64,000 nucleotides of DNA from an uncultured Alphaproteobacteria bacterium (GCA_963713195.1 CAVQKX010000001.1:108292-172291); one strand, 5' to 3'; counted from the first letter of the stretch, positions 8,946 through 21,279 are shown. The notes: generated by a model from the sequence alone, not told the origin. Numbers and translations are program-made.

Positions 8946-10172
8946 CTAAGCCGCCTCGCCTTTGAGCAATCGCGGCAGCTTGCCGAGCTCGCCGCCCGCG
9001 TGGCGCATGAAAAGCGGCGCAACGGGCCGATCTGATCGACGATGCCAAGCCCCAGATCGCGCACGCGCGCAGCGGCGCGATGTCGTTGGAGAACAGGCGG
9101 TTCAGCCCATCGGTCGCCGCCGCCAGCATGAAGGAATCGAAACGGCGCCAGCGCTCATAGCGTTTCAGAACATCGAGCGCGCCGATATCAGGCCCAGCCG
9201 CGCCGCATCGAGCACGCTTTCGGCCAGGGCCGCCGCATCCTTCAGCCCGAGATTGAGGCCCTGGCCCGCGATGGGATGAATGCCATGGGCGCAATCGCCC
9301 GCAAGTGCAAAGCGCGGGCGCACAAAGCTGCGCGCCAGATGGAATTTCAGCGGATAGGACCAGCGCGGGCCCGCCGCTTTCGTGGCGCCCAGATGTGCGC
9401 CGAAGCGGCGCGAAAGTTCGGCCTCGAATTCCGATCTCGTCGAGTTTCAGAATCTTCGGCGCGATGGTTTCGCTTTCCGTCCACACCAGCGAAGACCGAT
9501 TGCCCGTCATCGGCAATATCGCAAACGGACCGGAGGGAGGAAATGTTCATAGGCCACGCCATTGTGCGGGCGTCTCATGTTCAACAGTCGCGACGATGCC
9601 GGTCTGCGGATAGGACCAGCCGATCGACATTGATGCCCTGCGCCTCGCGCATCGCGAAGTCGCGGCCATCGGCGGCAACCGCCAGCGCGCGCGCACGCTT
9701 TCGCCATTCGACAACCGCGCGACGATCGCCGCCGCCTTCGTGCTCGAGCGCCGTCATCGCGGCGGGCGAGATCAGCGTCGATGTTCGGGCTTGCGTCGCG
9801 CTGCTTTGTAGAGGCGGCGCGGATATGGCGGTTCTCGACGATGCGGCCCAGCGGCTCGCCGATCTCGCGATGATCGAAATGCAGCGAGAAGGGCGAGGCC
9901 GCGCGGTCGAGCTTGCCGTCGGTGACCAGGATGTCGTTGATGGGTTGGGCATGGGCATCCAGATCGCTCCCACACGCCGAGCGCCTGATACATCCGCACC
10001 CAGGCATAGGCGAGCGCGCTCACCCGGCCGTCGAATTTGGCATCGCAGCGCCGCGGCCGGCGCGGCGTCGGCCACCGCCACCTTCATTCCGCCCTGCGCC
10101 AGCGCCAGAGCCAGCGTAAGGCCGACCATGCCCCCGCCGCCCACGATCACATCGGTTTCGCGCTGCGTTCAT
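8946..10172 (-). CDS. UbiH/COQ6 family FAD-dependent hydroxylase
   Basis: [64 protein letters not shown]; many frameshifts. Confidence 0.88.
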
Positions 10173-10211
10173 GGGCTCAGCCTATCTCCTGCCGCGCGCC
10201 GCGCGCAAGTA

Positions 10212-10259
10212 TGCGTCAAAAAATAGGCAGGCAAATCGAAATTGCCTAATAATGTGGCG
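10212..10259. promoter_or_regulatory. Two candidate NtrC binding sites
   Basis: TGCGTCAAAAAATAGGCA (10212-10229) and TGCCTAATAATGTGGCG (10243-10259) upstream of glnK-amtB. Confidence 0.6.
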
Positions 10260-10331
10260 ATAAAGGCCGCCGCGAAATCCCAGCCGAAACAATTCTATTA
10301 TTTTTCAATACCTTATCGTCTCGCTGCACTG

Positions 10332-10347
10332 CGGCACGGTTCTTGAT
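10332..10347 (+). promoter_or_regulatory. Candidate sigma54 (-24/-12) promoter of glnK
   Basis: CGGCACGGTTCTTGAT: GG-N10-GA, a variant of GG-N10-GC. Confidence 0.55.
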
Positions 10348-10349
10348 GA

Positions 10350-10742
<393 letters not shown>

Positions 10743-10783
10743 GCGCGCGTCAAAAACCACATCGCATAGAAGGGGATTCAAAA

Positions 10784-12131
10784 ATGAAAATCGACTGGGT
10801 TGAAAAAATTGGGGCTGGGGGCGCTCGGCAACAGCAGGCGCGCTCGCCTTGAGCGCGGGGTCCGCGTTTGCGGCTGCCGCGCCCAAGGATCCGCTGAACG
10901 CGGCGACACCGCCTGGATGCTCACCTCCAGCGCGCTGGTGCTGATGATGACCATTCCGGGCCTGGGCCTGTTCTATGGCGGCATGGTGCGCAAGAAGAAC
11001 GTGCTGGCGACGCTGGCGCAAAGCTTCGGCGCCACCTGCCTCATCACCGTGCTGTGGATGATCATCGGCTATTCGCATCGCCTTCACGCACCAATCCGAT
11101 GCCGGCACCAACCAGTTCATCGGCGGCTTCAACTATCTGTTCCTCGCGCCGATGGGCCTGAACGCGTGTCAACGCGCTGGCCGGCACGATTCCCGAATCG
11201 GTCTACATGTTCTTCCAGATGACCTTCGCGATCATCACGCCCGCGCTGATCGCCGGCGCGCTGGCCGACCGCATGAAGTTCTCGGCCTTCATGTGGTTCA
11301 TGGGCGCTGTGGCTGATCTTCGTCTATTGCCCGATCGCCCATTGGGTGTGGGGCGGCGGCTGGCTGGGCACGATGGGCGCGCTCGACTATGCCGGCGGCA
11401 CGGTCGTGCATCTGAACGCCGGTACCGCGGCGCTCGTCACCTGCCTCGTGCTGGGCACGCGCATAGGGCTACGGCACCGAGAACATGGCGCCGCACAACC
11501 TCGTGCTCTCGCGTCATCGGCGCCTCGCCTTCTGTGGGTCGGCTGGTTCGGCTTCAACGCCGGTTCCGCCGTCACCTCCGGCTTCAATGCCGGCATGGCG
11601 GCGGCAGCCACCCAGATCGCGACCGCTGCGGCTTCGCTGGGCTGGATGGTCGCCGAATGGATCATCGCCAAGAAGCCTTCGGTGCTTGGCATGATCTCCG
11701 GCGCGGTGGCGGGTCTTGTGGCGATCACGCCGGCTTCGGGCTTCGTCGATCCGATGGGCGCGCTCATCATCGGCATCGCGGCGGGCATGGTCTGCTACAT
11801 CTCGGCGGTGCACATGAAGAAGCTGTTCGGCTACGACGACTTGCTCGACGCCTGGGGCGTGCATGGCGTGGGCGGTGCGCTGGGCGCGATCATGACCGGC
11901 ATGTTCGCCTCCAACGCGATCAACAGCGTCGGCAAGGGCTGGCTGATCGACGGCAACGCCCATCAGATGGTGATCCAGTTCTACGATGTGGCCGCGACCT
12001 TCGTTTACTGCGGCATCGTCACCTTCATCATCCTCAAGGTGATCGATCTGGTGATCGGCCTGCGCGTCTCCAAGGAAGTCGAAGTCGAGGGTCTCGACAT
12101 CAACCTCCACGGCGAAACCGTGCACGGCTAA
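10784..12131 (+). CDS. amtB: Ammonium transporter
   Basis: GDTAWMLTSSALVLMMTIPGLGLFYGGMVRKKN, FQMTFAIITPAL, DYAGGTVVH, GWFGFNAGS; several frameshifts. Confidence 0.96.
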
Positions 12132-12158
12132 AAAGGCTTCGGGTTTCTCCCGGCAACT

Positions 12159-12192
12159 GGGGCGCTCCTCGCGGGGCGCCCCTTTTGTTTTT
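12159..12192 (+). terminator. Rho-independent terminator
   Basis: GGGGCGCTCC-tcgc-GGGGCGCCCC followed by TTTTGTTTTT. Confidence 0.85.
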
Positions 12193-12232
12193 GTGCTACG
12201 ATTCGAGCGCCGAGATTTGAGACGAGTACCGC

Positions 12233-13442
12233 GTGCTGCCCGGACGATTAGCCGAACTGCCGCCATCTTCCTTCGCGCAGTTGGCAACCCTTCTGGACGC
12301 GCACAAGCCGGGCAAGCCGCCGGTGAGCCTGGCGGTGGGCGATCCGCAAAGCGTGCCGCCCGCTTTCGTGGCCGAGGCGATTGCGAAATCCGCGAGCGGC
12401 TTTGGGCAATATCCGCCCGGTCAACGGCACGGCGGACTGGCGTGAGGCGGCGGCGGGCTGGCTGCGCCGCCGGTTCCATCTTCCCGCCGAAGCAATCGAT
12501 CCCGAGCATTCATCTGCTGCCGCTCAACGGCACCCGCGAAGGATTGTTCCTCGCGCCGCAAATCCTGACGCCGGAAAAGAAGGCGGGCGGGCGGCCCGTC
12601 ATCCTGATCCCCAATCCGTTCTACCAATGCTATGCGGCGGCAGCACTCGCCGCTGGCGCGCGAAGCGGTATTCGTGCCCGCAACCGAACAGACGGGATTT
12701 CTTCCCGATTTCGCGGGCCTTCCGAAAGATGTGCTGGAACGCACGGTGGCCGCGTATTTCTGTTCGCCCTCCAATCCCGAAGGCGCATGCGCAAGTGCCG
12801 ATTATTGGCAGACATTGTTCGCGCTTGCGGACAGATATGATTTCACCGTGTTCGCGGACGAGTGCTACGCCGACATCTATTTCGATCACCCGCCAACCAC
12901 CGCGCTCGACACGCGCTTCCAGCAGAGCGGCAATTTCAATCGCCTGCTCACCTTCCATTCGCTCTCGAAACGCTCCGGCCTTCCGGGCCTGCGTTCGGGC
13001 ATCGTGGCGGGCGATTCCGGGCTGATGAAAAAGTTTCGCTACCTGCGCAACACGGCGGGCCCGCAAGTGCCGACGCCCTTGCTCGCGGCATCGGCGGCAG
13101 CCTGGCGCGACGAGGATCATGTCGATCGCCAACCGCGCGACCTATGCCGCGCGGTTTGACGTGGCCAGGCGCATTCTCGGCAACCGCACCGGATTTCGGA
13201 TGCCGCAGGGCGGGTTCTTCCTCTGGCTCGATGTGGGCAATGGGGAAGACGCGGCCCTCAAGCTGTGGCGCGAGGCGGGCATCCGCACCCTGCCCGGCGC
13301 CTATATGGGCCGCGAGACCGTTCCCGGAAAAACCCAGTCAAACCCTGGGTTCCGCTACCTCCGGGTGGCGCTCGTTAGCGATTTGGTAACCATTGAGGCC
13401 GCACTCGAGAGAGTGGCCGAAACTTTGAGCGGGAGCCTATGA
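12233..13442 (+). CDS. Class I/II PLP aminotransferase (DapC-like)
   Basis: PNPFYQCY, CSPSNPEG, DECYADIY, FHSLSKRSGLPGLRSG; frameshifted. Confidence 0.88.
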
Positions 13443-15906
13443 GCCGCAGCCGATCCATGGGCGTTTATCAGCCCCGCGCCCGCAAGATGGCATTTGCCGA
13501 TGCGATGGCCGAAGCCCGCCTCACCGTGATGCGCGCGCTGCGCACAGCCATGATCCGCAGCGCGGGCGCGGCGCTCTTTCTTTTCGCCATCACCGGCATC
13601 ATCGCGCTTGCAAGCTACAATTCCGCCGACCCGAGTTTCGACAACGCGACCGCGCGCGAGGCAAGCAATCTGCTCGGCCGCTATGGCGCGATCGAGGCCG
13701 ATCTTCTTCTGCAATTGTTCGGGCTCGCGGCACTCGCCTTTCTCGCGGCCCCCGCGATCTGGGGCGCGCGCACCGCGATGGGCCGCATCATGCCCTACAC
13801 GCTGTGGCGCGCACTCGCCTGGCCGTTCGGCACCTTGCTGCTGGCCGCGGGCCTCGGCGTGATGCCGACCGTTTCGTCTTTGCCTGCGGGCGCGGGTGGA
13901 TTGATCGGACTGGGCGCGGCACAGCTTTCGCGCCTGATGGCGACAAGCTGGGATATGAGCTGGCTTGCAACCGTGGTGCCGCTTGTTCTGCTCGCCATCG
14001 GTTTGCCGCTTGCGTTCCTTGCCACGGGTTTGCGGTTCATGCCGCTGGCGCATGGGATGATGAATGTCCCGGCGTTTCTCGTTTTCGCGGGCGGACATGC
14101 GCGCAATTTGCGCCTGCCCACCGGCTTCGTTCCCAAATTCGGCCGCAAGGAAATGGGCGAACAGATCGAGCCCAGTTTCGGCGATGACGGCGACGACGAA
14201 GACGATCAGGAAGAAGACGAGGACGACGAGGAAGAGGAAGACGCGGAGGACGAAGACGAATTCGACCTGCGCGAAAAACCCAGCGCGCGCGAACGTTCGA
14301 TCCGCGTCAAGCGCGAGGAACGCAAAACTCCGCCGCAAACCGCCAAGCGCGCCCACCAGCCTGCGCTCAATCTTTGCAGCGACGAATATGAACTGCCCTC
14401 GCTCGGCCTTCTGACCGAGCCCGTGCATGTGAGCGACCAGAACACGCTTTCCGACGATGCGCTGGAAGAAAACGCCCGCATGCTGGAAAGCCGTGCTGGT
14501 CGATTTCGGCGTGCGCGGCCGCATCAATGCGGTGCGCCCCGGACCCGTTGTGACGCTTTATGAATTCGAGCCCGCAGCCGGCGTGAAATCCTCCCGCGTG
14601 ATCTCGCTGGCAGACGACGTGGCGCGCTCGATGTCGGCGGTGGCCGCGCGTATCGCGGTGATACCGGGGCGTAACGTCATCGGTATCGAATTTCCCAACC
14701 ACACGCGCGAAACCGTTTACCTGCGCGAACTTCTGGCGAGCAACGATTTCGAAAAGGCGCGCGCGCCGCTCACGCTCGCACTCGGCAAGACCATCGGCGG
14801 CGAGCCGGTGATGGCCGATCTCGCCAAGATGCCCCATCTTGCTGATCGCGGGCACCACCGGTTCGGGCAAGTCTGTCGGCCTCAACACGATGATCCTGTC
14901 GCTGCTTTATCGCATGTCGCCGGAGCATTGCCGCCTGATCATGATCGATCCGAAGATGCTCGAACTTTCCGTCTATGACGGCATTCCGCATCTGCTCGCG
15001 CCCGTCGTCACCGATCCGAAGAAGGCCATCGTCGCGCTCAAATGGGCGGTGCGCGAGATGGAAGACCGCTATCGCAAGATGTCCAAGCTCGGCGTGCGCG
15101 GTATCGAAGCGTTCAACGAGCGCGTGAAGAAGGCGAAAGAAAAAGGCGAAAGCCTAAAGCGCACCGTGCAGACGGGCTTCGACCGCGAAACCGGCAAGCC
15201 GATGTACGAAGACGAAACGCTCGACATGGAACCGATGTCGTTCATCGTGGTGGTGGTCGACGAAGTGGCCGACCTGATGATGGTATCCGGCAAGGAAATC
15301 GAAGGTGCGGTCCAGCGCCTCGCGCAGATGGCGCGCGCGGCGGGCATTCATCTGATCGCAGCCACCCAGCGCCCATCGGTGGATGTGATCACCGGCACGA
15401 TCAAGGCGAACTTCCCCACCCGCATCTCGTTCCAGGTGACGAGCAAGATCGACAGCCGCACCATCCTTGGCGAACAGGGCGCCGAACAATTGCTCGGCCA
15501 GGGCGACATGCTGCACATGATGGCCGGCGGCCGTATCCGCCGCATTCACGGGCCCTTCGTGAGCGATCACGAAGTGGAAGACGTGGTGAAATTCCTCAAG
15601 ACGCAGGGCGCGCCCGAATATCTCGAAGCCGTCACCGAAGAACCGGATGAGGAGAGCGACGATCCTTACGCGCTCTACGGCAACAGCGGCGGCAACGGCG
15701 ACTCGGGCGACGATCTTTACGACCGCGCGCTCGCCATCGTCGCGCGCGAACGCAAGGGCACCACAAGCTATATCCAGCGCCGCCTGCAGATCGGCTACAA
15801 TCGCGCCGCCCGCATCATCGAGCGCATGGAACAGGAAAGCGTGCTCTCGAAGCCCAACCACAAGGGCGTGCGGGAGATATTGCTGCCCGATCACGACGAG
15901 GATTGA
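13439..15906 (+). CDS. ftsK: DNA translocase FtsK
   Basis: N-terminal TM domain, [37 protein letters not shown], gamma domain [16 protein letters not shown]; two frameshifts. Confidence 0.97.
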
Positions 15907-15939
15907 ACCTTACCTCCCCCCACGGGGAGGTAAGGGTTC
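15905..15939. repeat. Single ACCTCCCC/GGGGAGGT hairpin, probable bidirectional terminator
   Basis: GAACCTTACCTCCCC-ccac-GGGGAGGTAAGGGTTC between convergent stops; matches the ends of the elements at 21124 and 34728. Confidence 0.8.
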
Positions 15940-16658
15940 TATGCGGCTTTCAATTTCGCTTCGTAATACGCCGCCAGTTTCTCAAGCTCGCCCGAGCAAT
16001 CGCCTTCAAAGCATGTGCCGTGCATCACCGCCAGTCGTTTGGGCTTCAGGTCCTTCAGCGCGCGGATGGTGGGCGCGGTAGCAGGTGTAAGCGCGCTTGC
16101 GTGAAAGCCTTCTTCGGCTGCGACTGCGGCTTCCACGATGCTGGTCGCGCCGATCGCCGGGCCATCGCCAACTTGCGTGAACAAATCGCCCGAGAACAAA
16201 GTCCCCGTCGTTTCCTCGAACATCAATCCCGATTCCCAGGCGTGCGGCACATGCGGCGTATCGATATAGCGCACGCGTTTGCCGCCCAGATCGATCACTT
16301 CGCCGTTCTGCAACGCGCGCGGCGGGCGGTCGGCCAGATCGTTGAGCGAGACCATGCAGGCGATCATGCCATGAGCCACTTGCGCGTTGGGAGCCGCCGC
16401 CAGCCACTGGTTCATCGAGCCGCATTCATCGGATTCCACATGCCCGAACGAAATCCATCTGAGCTTATCGAGCGGGACGATGCGCGCGGCGGCCTGCGAG
16501 ACCAGCGGAAAAATTCCGCGTCCGCCGCAATGAAACAGCAACGGCTCGCTGGCCGCGATCAGATATTGGTTGAAGGTGAAACCCACCGGCGGCACTTCGG
16601 CCACAAAGGTCGAAAGCCGGAATATCCCTTCGGCGATTTCGTCGACTCTGGTTTGCAT
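15939..16658 (-). CDS. MBL-fold metallohydrolase (FprA/ODP-like)
   Basis: FNQYLI, SFGHVESDECGS, TPHVPHAWE, TLFSGDLF, AVMHG. Confidence 0.85.
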   Translation of the reverse strand: MQTRVDEIAEGIFRLSTFVAEVPPVGFTFNQYLIAASEPLLFHCGGRGIFPLVSQAAARIVPLDKLRWISFGHVESDECGSMNQWLAAAPNAQVAHGMIACMVSLNDLADRPPRALQNGEVIDLGGKRVRYIDTPHVPHAWESGLMFEETTGTLFSGDLFTQVGDGPAIGATSIVEAAVAAEEGFHASALTPATAPTIRALKDLKPKRLAVMHGTCFEGDCSGELEKLAAYYEAKLKAA

Positions 16659-16758
16659 CGTAACCCTGGTTTTGCGGAACATTGCCGCTATAGCACAAAA
16701 CCACCCCTCCCAAACGGCGGACAAACCGCATAAGCTTCGCAAAACCAAGAGGGGCTCA

Positions 16759-17178
16759 ATGTCCTATATCGACAAATCGCTGGGCGATGGCGAACGGCTC
16801 GTCGCGCTCGCCCGCTTTCACTGGTGGTACAGCGTCAAGGCGTGGCTGGCGCTGATCTTCCTGTTCTGGTGCATCGTCGGCATCGTGATCTTCGTGCGCA
16901 TGATGCTGCGCCAATGGACGACCGAGATCGGCATAACAACACATCGCTTCGTGGAGAAGACGGGCTGGCTCACGCTCAACACCGCCGAGATCGCGCTGCC
17001 CAACATCGAGGGCGTGAAGGTGACGCAAGGCGTGTGGGGCAAATTGCTCGGCTATGGCCAGATCCGCATCGAAGGCACCGGCATCGATGCCATCGAACTC
17101 CCCGACATCGCCGATCCCATAGGCTTCCGCCGCGCCATCGAATCCGCGAAGGAAGGTTCGGGGATGTTCCGCCGTTGA
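16759..17178 (+). CDS. Bacterial PH-domain membrane protein
   Basis: MSYIDKSLGDGERLV, TM segment, TTEIGITTHRFVEKTG, IEGVKVTQG...LLGYGQIRIEGTG. Confidence 0.85.
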   Translation: MSYIDKSLGDGERLVALARFHWWYSVKAWLALIFLFWCIVGIVIFVRMMLRQWTTEIGITTHRFVEKTGWLTLNTAEIALPNIEGVKVTQGVWGKLLGYGQIRIEGTGIDAIELPDIADPIGFRRAIESAKEGSGMFRR

Positions 17179-17287
17179 TGCGTGTCGGACTGCCGCTTTC
17201 ATCGCCCTTTTGCGGACACAATAAGCCGCTCTGTTCGAGACCTGCGTGCTCGATTAAAACCGCGCGGCTTTCAAGCAGGATAGCGTG

Positions 17288-17659
17288 ATGTCGAAACTGT
17301 TGAGCGGCTTTGTTCTGGGTGCCGCATTGCTGTTGCCGTTCGCGGCACAAGCGGGCGATGCCGCCAAGGGCAAGGCCTATTTCGCGCGCTGCGCGATGTG
17401 CCATTCCAATGCCAGGAGCGCGCCAAACCGGATCGGGCCGAACCTCTTTGGCGTGGTGGGCCGCAAGGCGGCTTCCGTGCAGGGCTTCTTTTATTCGGGC
17501 GCGATGAAGCACTCGAACATCACCTGGACCCCGGAAAAGCTGAAAGCCTATGTCGCCCATCCGCAAACCGTGGTGCCCGGCAACCGCATGGCGTTCGCGG
17601 GCGTGGCCAATCCGGGCCAGGTGGACGATCTGGTGGCCTATCTGGCGACCCTGAAATAG
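17288..17659 (+). CDS. Cytochrome c (c2/c550 class)
   Basis: Signal peptide, GDAAKGK, CAMCH heme motif, GPNLFGVVGR, PGNRMAFAG. Confidence 0.95.
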   Translation: MSKLLSGFVLGAALLLPFAAQAGDAAKGKAYFARCAMCHSNARSAPNRIGPNLFGVVGRKAASVQGFFYSGAMKHSNITWTPEKLKAYVAHPQTVVPGNRMAFAGVANPGQVDDLVAYLATLK

Positions 17660-17851
17660 CCGATCTGCGGCGGAATGACGCATCCGCGCGGTTATGCTGC
17701 GCCGCGAAGGTAAATGCCGCGGCAATGCTTCGTTGACAGGGCCAAGGCGTCTTGCCTAGTTTTTGCGCCGCACAACAGACGGCCCGGGCGCCACCCTTAT
17801 CGGCGCCGCAAGTGGGATAGGGCCGCTCAAGCGGGAAGGCATTCTACAACG

Positions 17852-18602
17852 ATGAAGGTACTGGTCCCCGTCAAGCGGGTGATCGACTACAACGTCAAGG
17901 TTCGCGTCAAAGCGGACCAGACCGGGGTCGATCTCGCCAACGTGAAAATGTCCATGAACCCCTTCGACGAAATCAGCGTCGAGGAAGCGGTTCGGCTCAA
18001 GGAAAAAGGCAAGGCGACCGAAGTGATCGCCGTGTCCATCGGGCCCGCAGCAGGCAAGCGAAACCATCCGCACCGCGCTCGCCATGGGCGCCGATCGCGG
18101 CATCCTGGTGAAGACCGATGGCGATGTGGAACCGCTGGCCGTCGCCAAGATTTTGAAAGCGATTGTCGATGCCGAAGGCCCAAGCCTTGTGATCCTGGGC
18201 AAGCAGGCCATCGACGACGATTCCAACCAGACCGGCCAGATGCTGGCAGCCCTTCTCGGCTGGCCGCAGGGCACCTTCGCGCACAAGCTCGAACTCGGCG
18301 ATGCAAACGCCCAGATCGAACGCGAAATCGACGGCGGCCTGCAGACCGTCGAAGTGAAGCTGCCCGCGATCATGACCGTGGACCTGCGCCTCAACGAGCC
18401 GCGCTATGCCTCGCTTCCGAACATCATGAAGGCGAAGAAGAAGCCGATCGATGAAAAGAGCCCGGCCGATTACGGCGTGGATGTCACCCCGCGCCTCAAG
18501 GTGCTGAAGGTTTCCGAACCGCCCAAGCGCCAGGCCGGCGTGAAGGTGAAGACGGTCGCCGAACTTCTCGACAAGCTCAAGAACGAAGCGGGGGTGATCT
18601 AA
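17852..18602 (+). CDS. etfB: Electron transfer flavoprotein beta subunit
   Basis: [53 protein letters not shown]; one frameshift. Confidence 0.97.
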
Positions 18603-19544
18603 ATGGCTTCGCTCGTCATTGCCGAACACGACAACAAGAATCTGAAAGACGCGACCGCGAAAACGGTGGCGGCAGCCGCACAGGTTTCGACGCCCGTGCA
18701 TGTGCTCGTCGCCGGTTCCGATGCCGGTGCTGTTGCCGAAGCAGCCGCCAAGCTCGCGGGCGTGGAGAAGGTGATCCTCGCCGACGATCCGCTTTACGCA
18801 AAGCTCGTTGCCGAGCCGATGGAAAAGCTGATCCTTTCGCTTGCGGGCAATTATGACGCGATCCTCGCGCCCGCCACCACCAACGGCAAGAATTTCATGC
18901 CGCGCGTGGCAGCCAAGCTCGACGTGCCGCAGATCTCGGAAATCCTCGCCGTCGAAAGCGCCGACACGTTCCGCCGCCCGATCTATGCGGGCAACGCGAT
19001 TGCGACCGTGCAGGCAGCGCCCGGCAAGAAGGTCATCACCGTGCGCACCACCACCTTCAAGCCGGTGGACGCGACGGGCTCGGCCACCATCGAGAAGATC
19101 GGCAGCGCGGGCGATCCGGGCATTTCGAAATTCGTGGGCGAAGAGCTTTCGAAATCCGAACGCCCCGAACTCACCTCGGCCAAGATCGTGATCTCCGGCG
19201 GCCGCGGCATGCAGTCGGGCGACAATTTCCACATGCTCGACAAGATCGCCGACAAGCTGCACGCAGCCGTCGGCGCATCGCGCGCGGCGGTCGATGCGGG
19301 CTTCGTGCCCAACGATTATCAGGTCGGCCAGACCGGCAAGGTCGTGGCGCCCGATCTCTACATCGCGGTCGGCATTTCCGGCGCGATCCAGCATCTGGCG
19401 GGCATGAAGGACTCCAAGGTCATCGCCGCCATCAACAAGGACGAAGAAGCCCCGATCTTCCAGGTCGCCGATTACGGCCTTGTGGCCGATCTTTTCAAGG
19501 CGGTCCCGGAAATGGAGGAAGAACTTACGAAATTGGGCTATTAA
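18603..19544 (+). CDS. etfA: Electron transfer flavoprotein alpha subunit
   Basis: [37 protein letters not shown]. Confidence 0.98.
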   Translation: MASLVIAEHDNKNLKDATAKTVAAAAQVSTPVHVLVAGSDAGAVAEAAAKLAGVEKVILADDPLYAKLVAEPMEKLILSLAGNYDAILAPATTNGKNFMPRVAAKLDVPQISEILAVESADTFRRPIYAGNAIATVQAAPGKKVITVRTTTFKPVDATGSATIEKIGSAGDPGISKFVGEELSKSERPELTSAKIVISGGRGMQSGDNFHMLDKIADKLHAAVGASRAAVDAGFVPNDYQVGQTGKVVAPDLYIAVGISGAIQHLAGMKDSKVIAAINKDEEAPIFQVADYGLVADLFKAVPEMEEELTKLGY

Positions 19545-19576
19545 TCCACTCTCGGTAAGGACATCCCGGAACCCGC

Positions 19577-20454
19577 ATGAGCATCGAACGCGTAGGAGTT
19601 ATCGGCGCAGGCCAGATGGGCAACGGTATCGCCCATGTCCTGTCGCTTGCGGGTTTCGACGTCGTCCTGGAAGACATCAACCCGGAGGCTGTCGACAAAG
19701 GCATCCAGCGCATCGAGCGCAACATGCAGCGTCAGGCGGCGCGCGGGCTGATCAAGGCTGGAGGAAGTGGGGCCCGCCATGGCGCGCATCCACAAGAGCC
19801 AGAGCCTCGACGACATGCGCGACCGCGACCTCATCATCGAGGCGGCGACCGAAGACGAACCGACCAAGCGCAAGATCTTCCAGGAACTCTGCACCGCGCA
19901 TCTCGGACAAGACGCTGCTCGCCACCAACACCTCGTCGATCTCGGTGACGCGGCTGGCCGCGGCCACCGACCGGCCCGAACATTTCATCGGCCTGCATTT
20001 CATGAATCCGGTGCCGATGATGCAGCTCGTGGAAGTGATCCGCGGCATCGCCACCGACGATTCGACCTTCCAGGCAGCGCTCGAAGTCGTGCGCCGCGTC
20101 GGCAAGACTGCGGCCTATGCCGAAGATTTCCCCGCCTTCATCGTCAACCGCATCCTGCTGCCGATGATCAACGAGGCGGTCTACACGCTCTATGAAGGCG
20201 TGGGGAACGTCGAAGCCATCGACACCGCGATGCGGCTGGGCGCCAACCATCCGATGGGCCCGCTGCAACTGGCGGATTTCATCGGGCTGGATACCTGCCT
20301 GTCGGTGATGCAGGTGCTCTACGAAGGCCTCGCGGATTCCAAATACCGCCCCTGCCCGCTGCTGGTGAAATATGTCGAAGCCGGCTGGCTCGGCCAGAAG
20401 ACCGGCCGCGGCTTCTACGATTATCGCGGCGAGAAGCCGGTTCCGACGCGCTAA
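19577..20454 (+). CDS. hbd: 3-hydroxybutyryl-CoA dehydrogenase
   Basis: [44 protein letters not shown]; two frameshifts. Confidence 0.95.
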
Positions 20455-20479
20455 CGCGCTTCAGCCACTAGGATTGCGG

Positions 20480-21010
20480 TTAGTGTGGCTTGCAATAAGG
20501 CAATGCAAGGGTCGCATTCGCCCATTCGAGTTCGCTCATCGGCCAAGCATCGACAGAAAATACGCCCGCACCGGTCATATCGAGATCGAAAATAAACTGC
20601 TTGTCGAGCAGTATCCGGCGGGCTTCCGCTGTATCGACAGGCTTGCCGGTTGCCGGGAAACTTAAAGAAGGCCCGCGCGGGCCGTTCATGGCAATAGCCT
20701 CCCCATTGTCGAGTATCATCGGCAGATCGTTCAGAAATCGAGCATCCCCCTCCACGATTTTTCCGGATTGCAGAGCGTTTCCATTCCGGAGCAGGCTATC
20801 GACCCGAATCCTGAGACGGATGATGCGGTCGCAATATCGCTCGGCATCCTCCGCCAATCGGCAATCGTGACTTTCGGCTCCTACAATGGTGCCAATCACT
20901 ATCGACGGATCCCAGCATAGTATCTGCTCTCTCGTGAGAGGCATGTTCGCCTGCGCGGAGACGATCCAGCCAAACGAAAGAAAAACGACCGATAGCTTCG
21001 ACTTTTTCAT
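20480..21010 (-). CDS. Orphan secreted hypothetical protein
   Basis: 176 aa, signal peptide MKKSKLSVVFLSFGWIVSAQA, visibly less GC-biased than neighbours. Confidence 0.65.
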   Translation of the reverse strand: MKKSKLSVVFLSFGWIVSAQANMPLTREQILCWDPSIVIGTIVGAESHDCRLAEDAERYCDRIIRLRIRVDSLLRNGNALQSGKIVEGDARFLNDLPMILDNGEAIAMNGPRGPSLSFPATGKPVDTAEARRILLDKQFIFDLDMTGAGVFSVDAWPMSELEWANATLALPYCKPH

Positions 21011-21038
21011 TTTGCCCGGTTTCCGCCTCGCCCAGATA

Positions 21039-21116
21039 TATGTCGAAACAGGCTGCTTGGGCCAGAAGCCCGGCGGATTCGACGATTATCGCGCCGAGAA
21101 GCCGGTTCCGACGTAA
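21039..21116 (+). repeat. Degenerate duplicate of the 3' end of hbd (20371-20454)
   Basis: YVETGCLGQKPG-GFDDYRAEKPVPT* vs [27 protein letters not shown]; 9 mismatches in 78 aligned nt plus two 3-nt gaps by hand alignment. Confidence 0.92.
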
Positions 21117-21123
21117 TACCCCT

Positions 21124-21279
21124 TCTACCTCCCCCTACGCGGGGAGGTCGGGCGCGTGCATCGGCATGCGACCGGGTGGGGGCCGCGGTGGTGAAATCCG
21201 GAACACCGTCTTCGTTGAAGCATCCCCCCGCCCGCCATCGCTTCGCGATGTCGACCGCCCCGCGTGGGGGGCGGTAAGA
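21124..21279. repeat. REPIN/MITE-like palindromic element, subfamily B2
   Basis: TCTACCTCCCCCTACGCGGGGAGGTCG ... CGACCGCCCCGCGTGGGGGGCGGTAAGA. Confidence 0.88.

Noticed and set aside
14183-14260. GAC/GAA/GAG tandem-like repeat
   Set aside because: Encodes the acidic linker of FtsK; ordinary low-complexity coding sequence
17668-17682. RegA/PrrA-like site GCGGC-N5-GACGC upstream of etfB
   Set aside because: GC-rich degenerate motif expected often by chance in this genome
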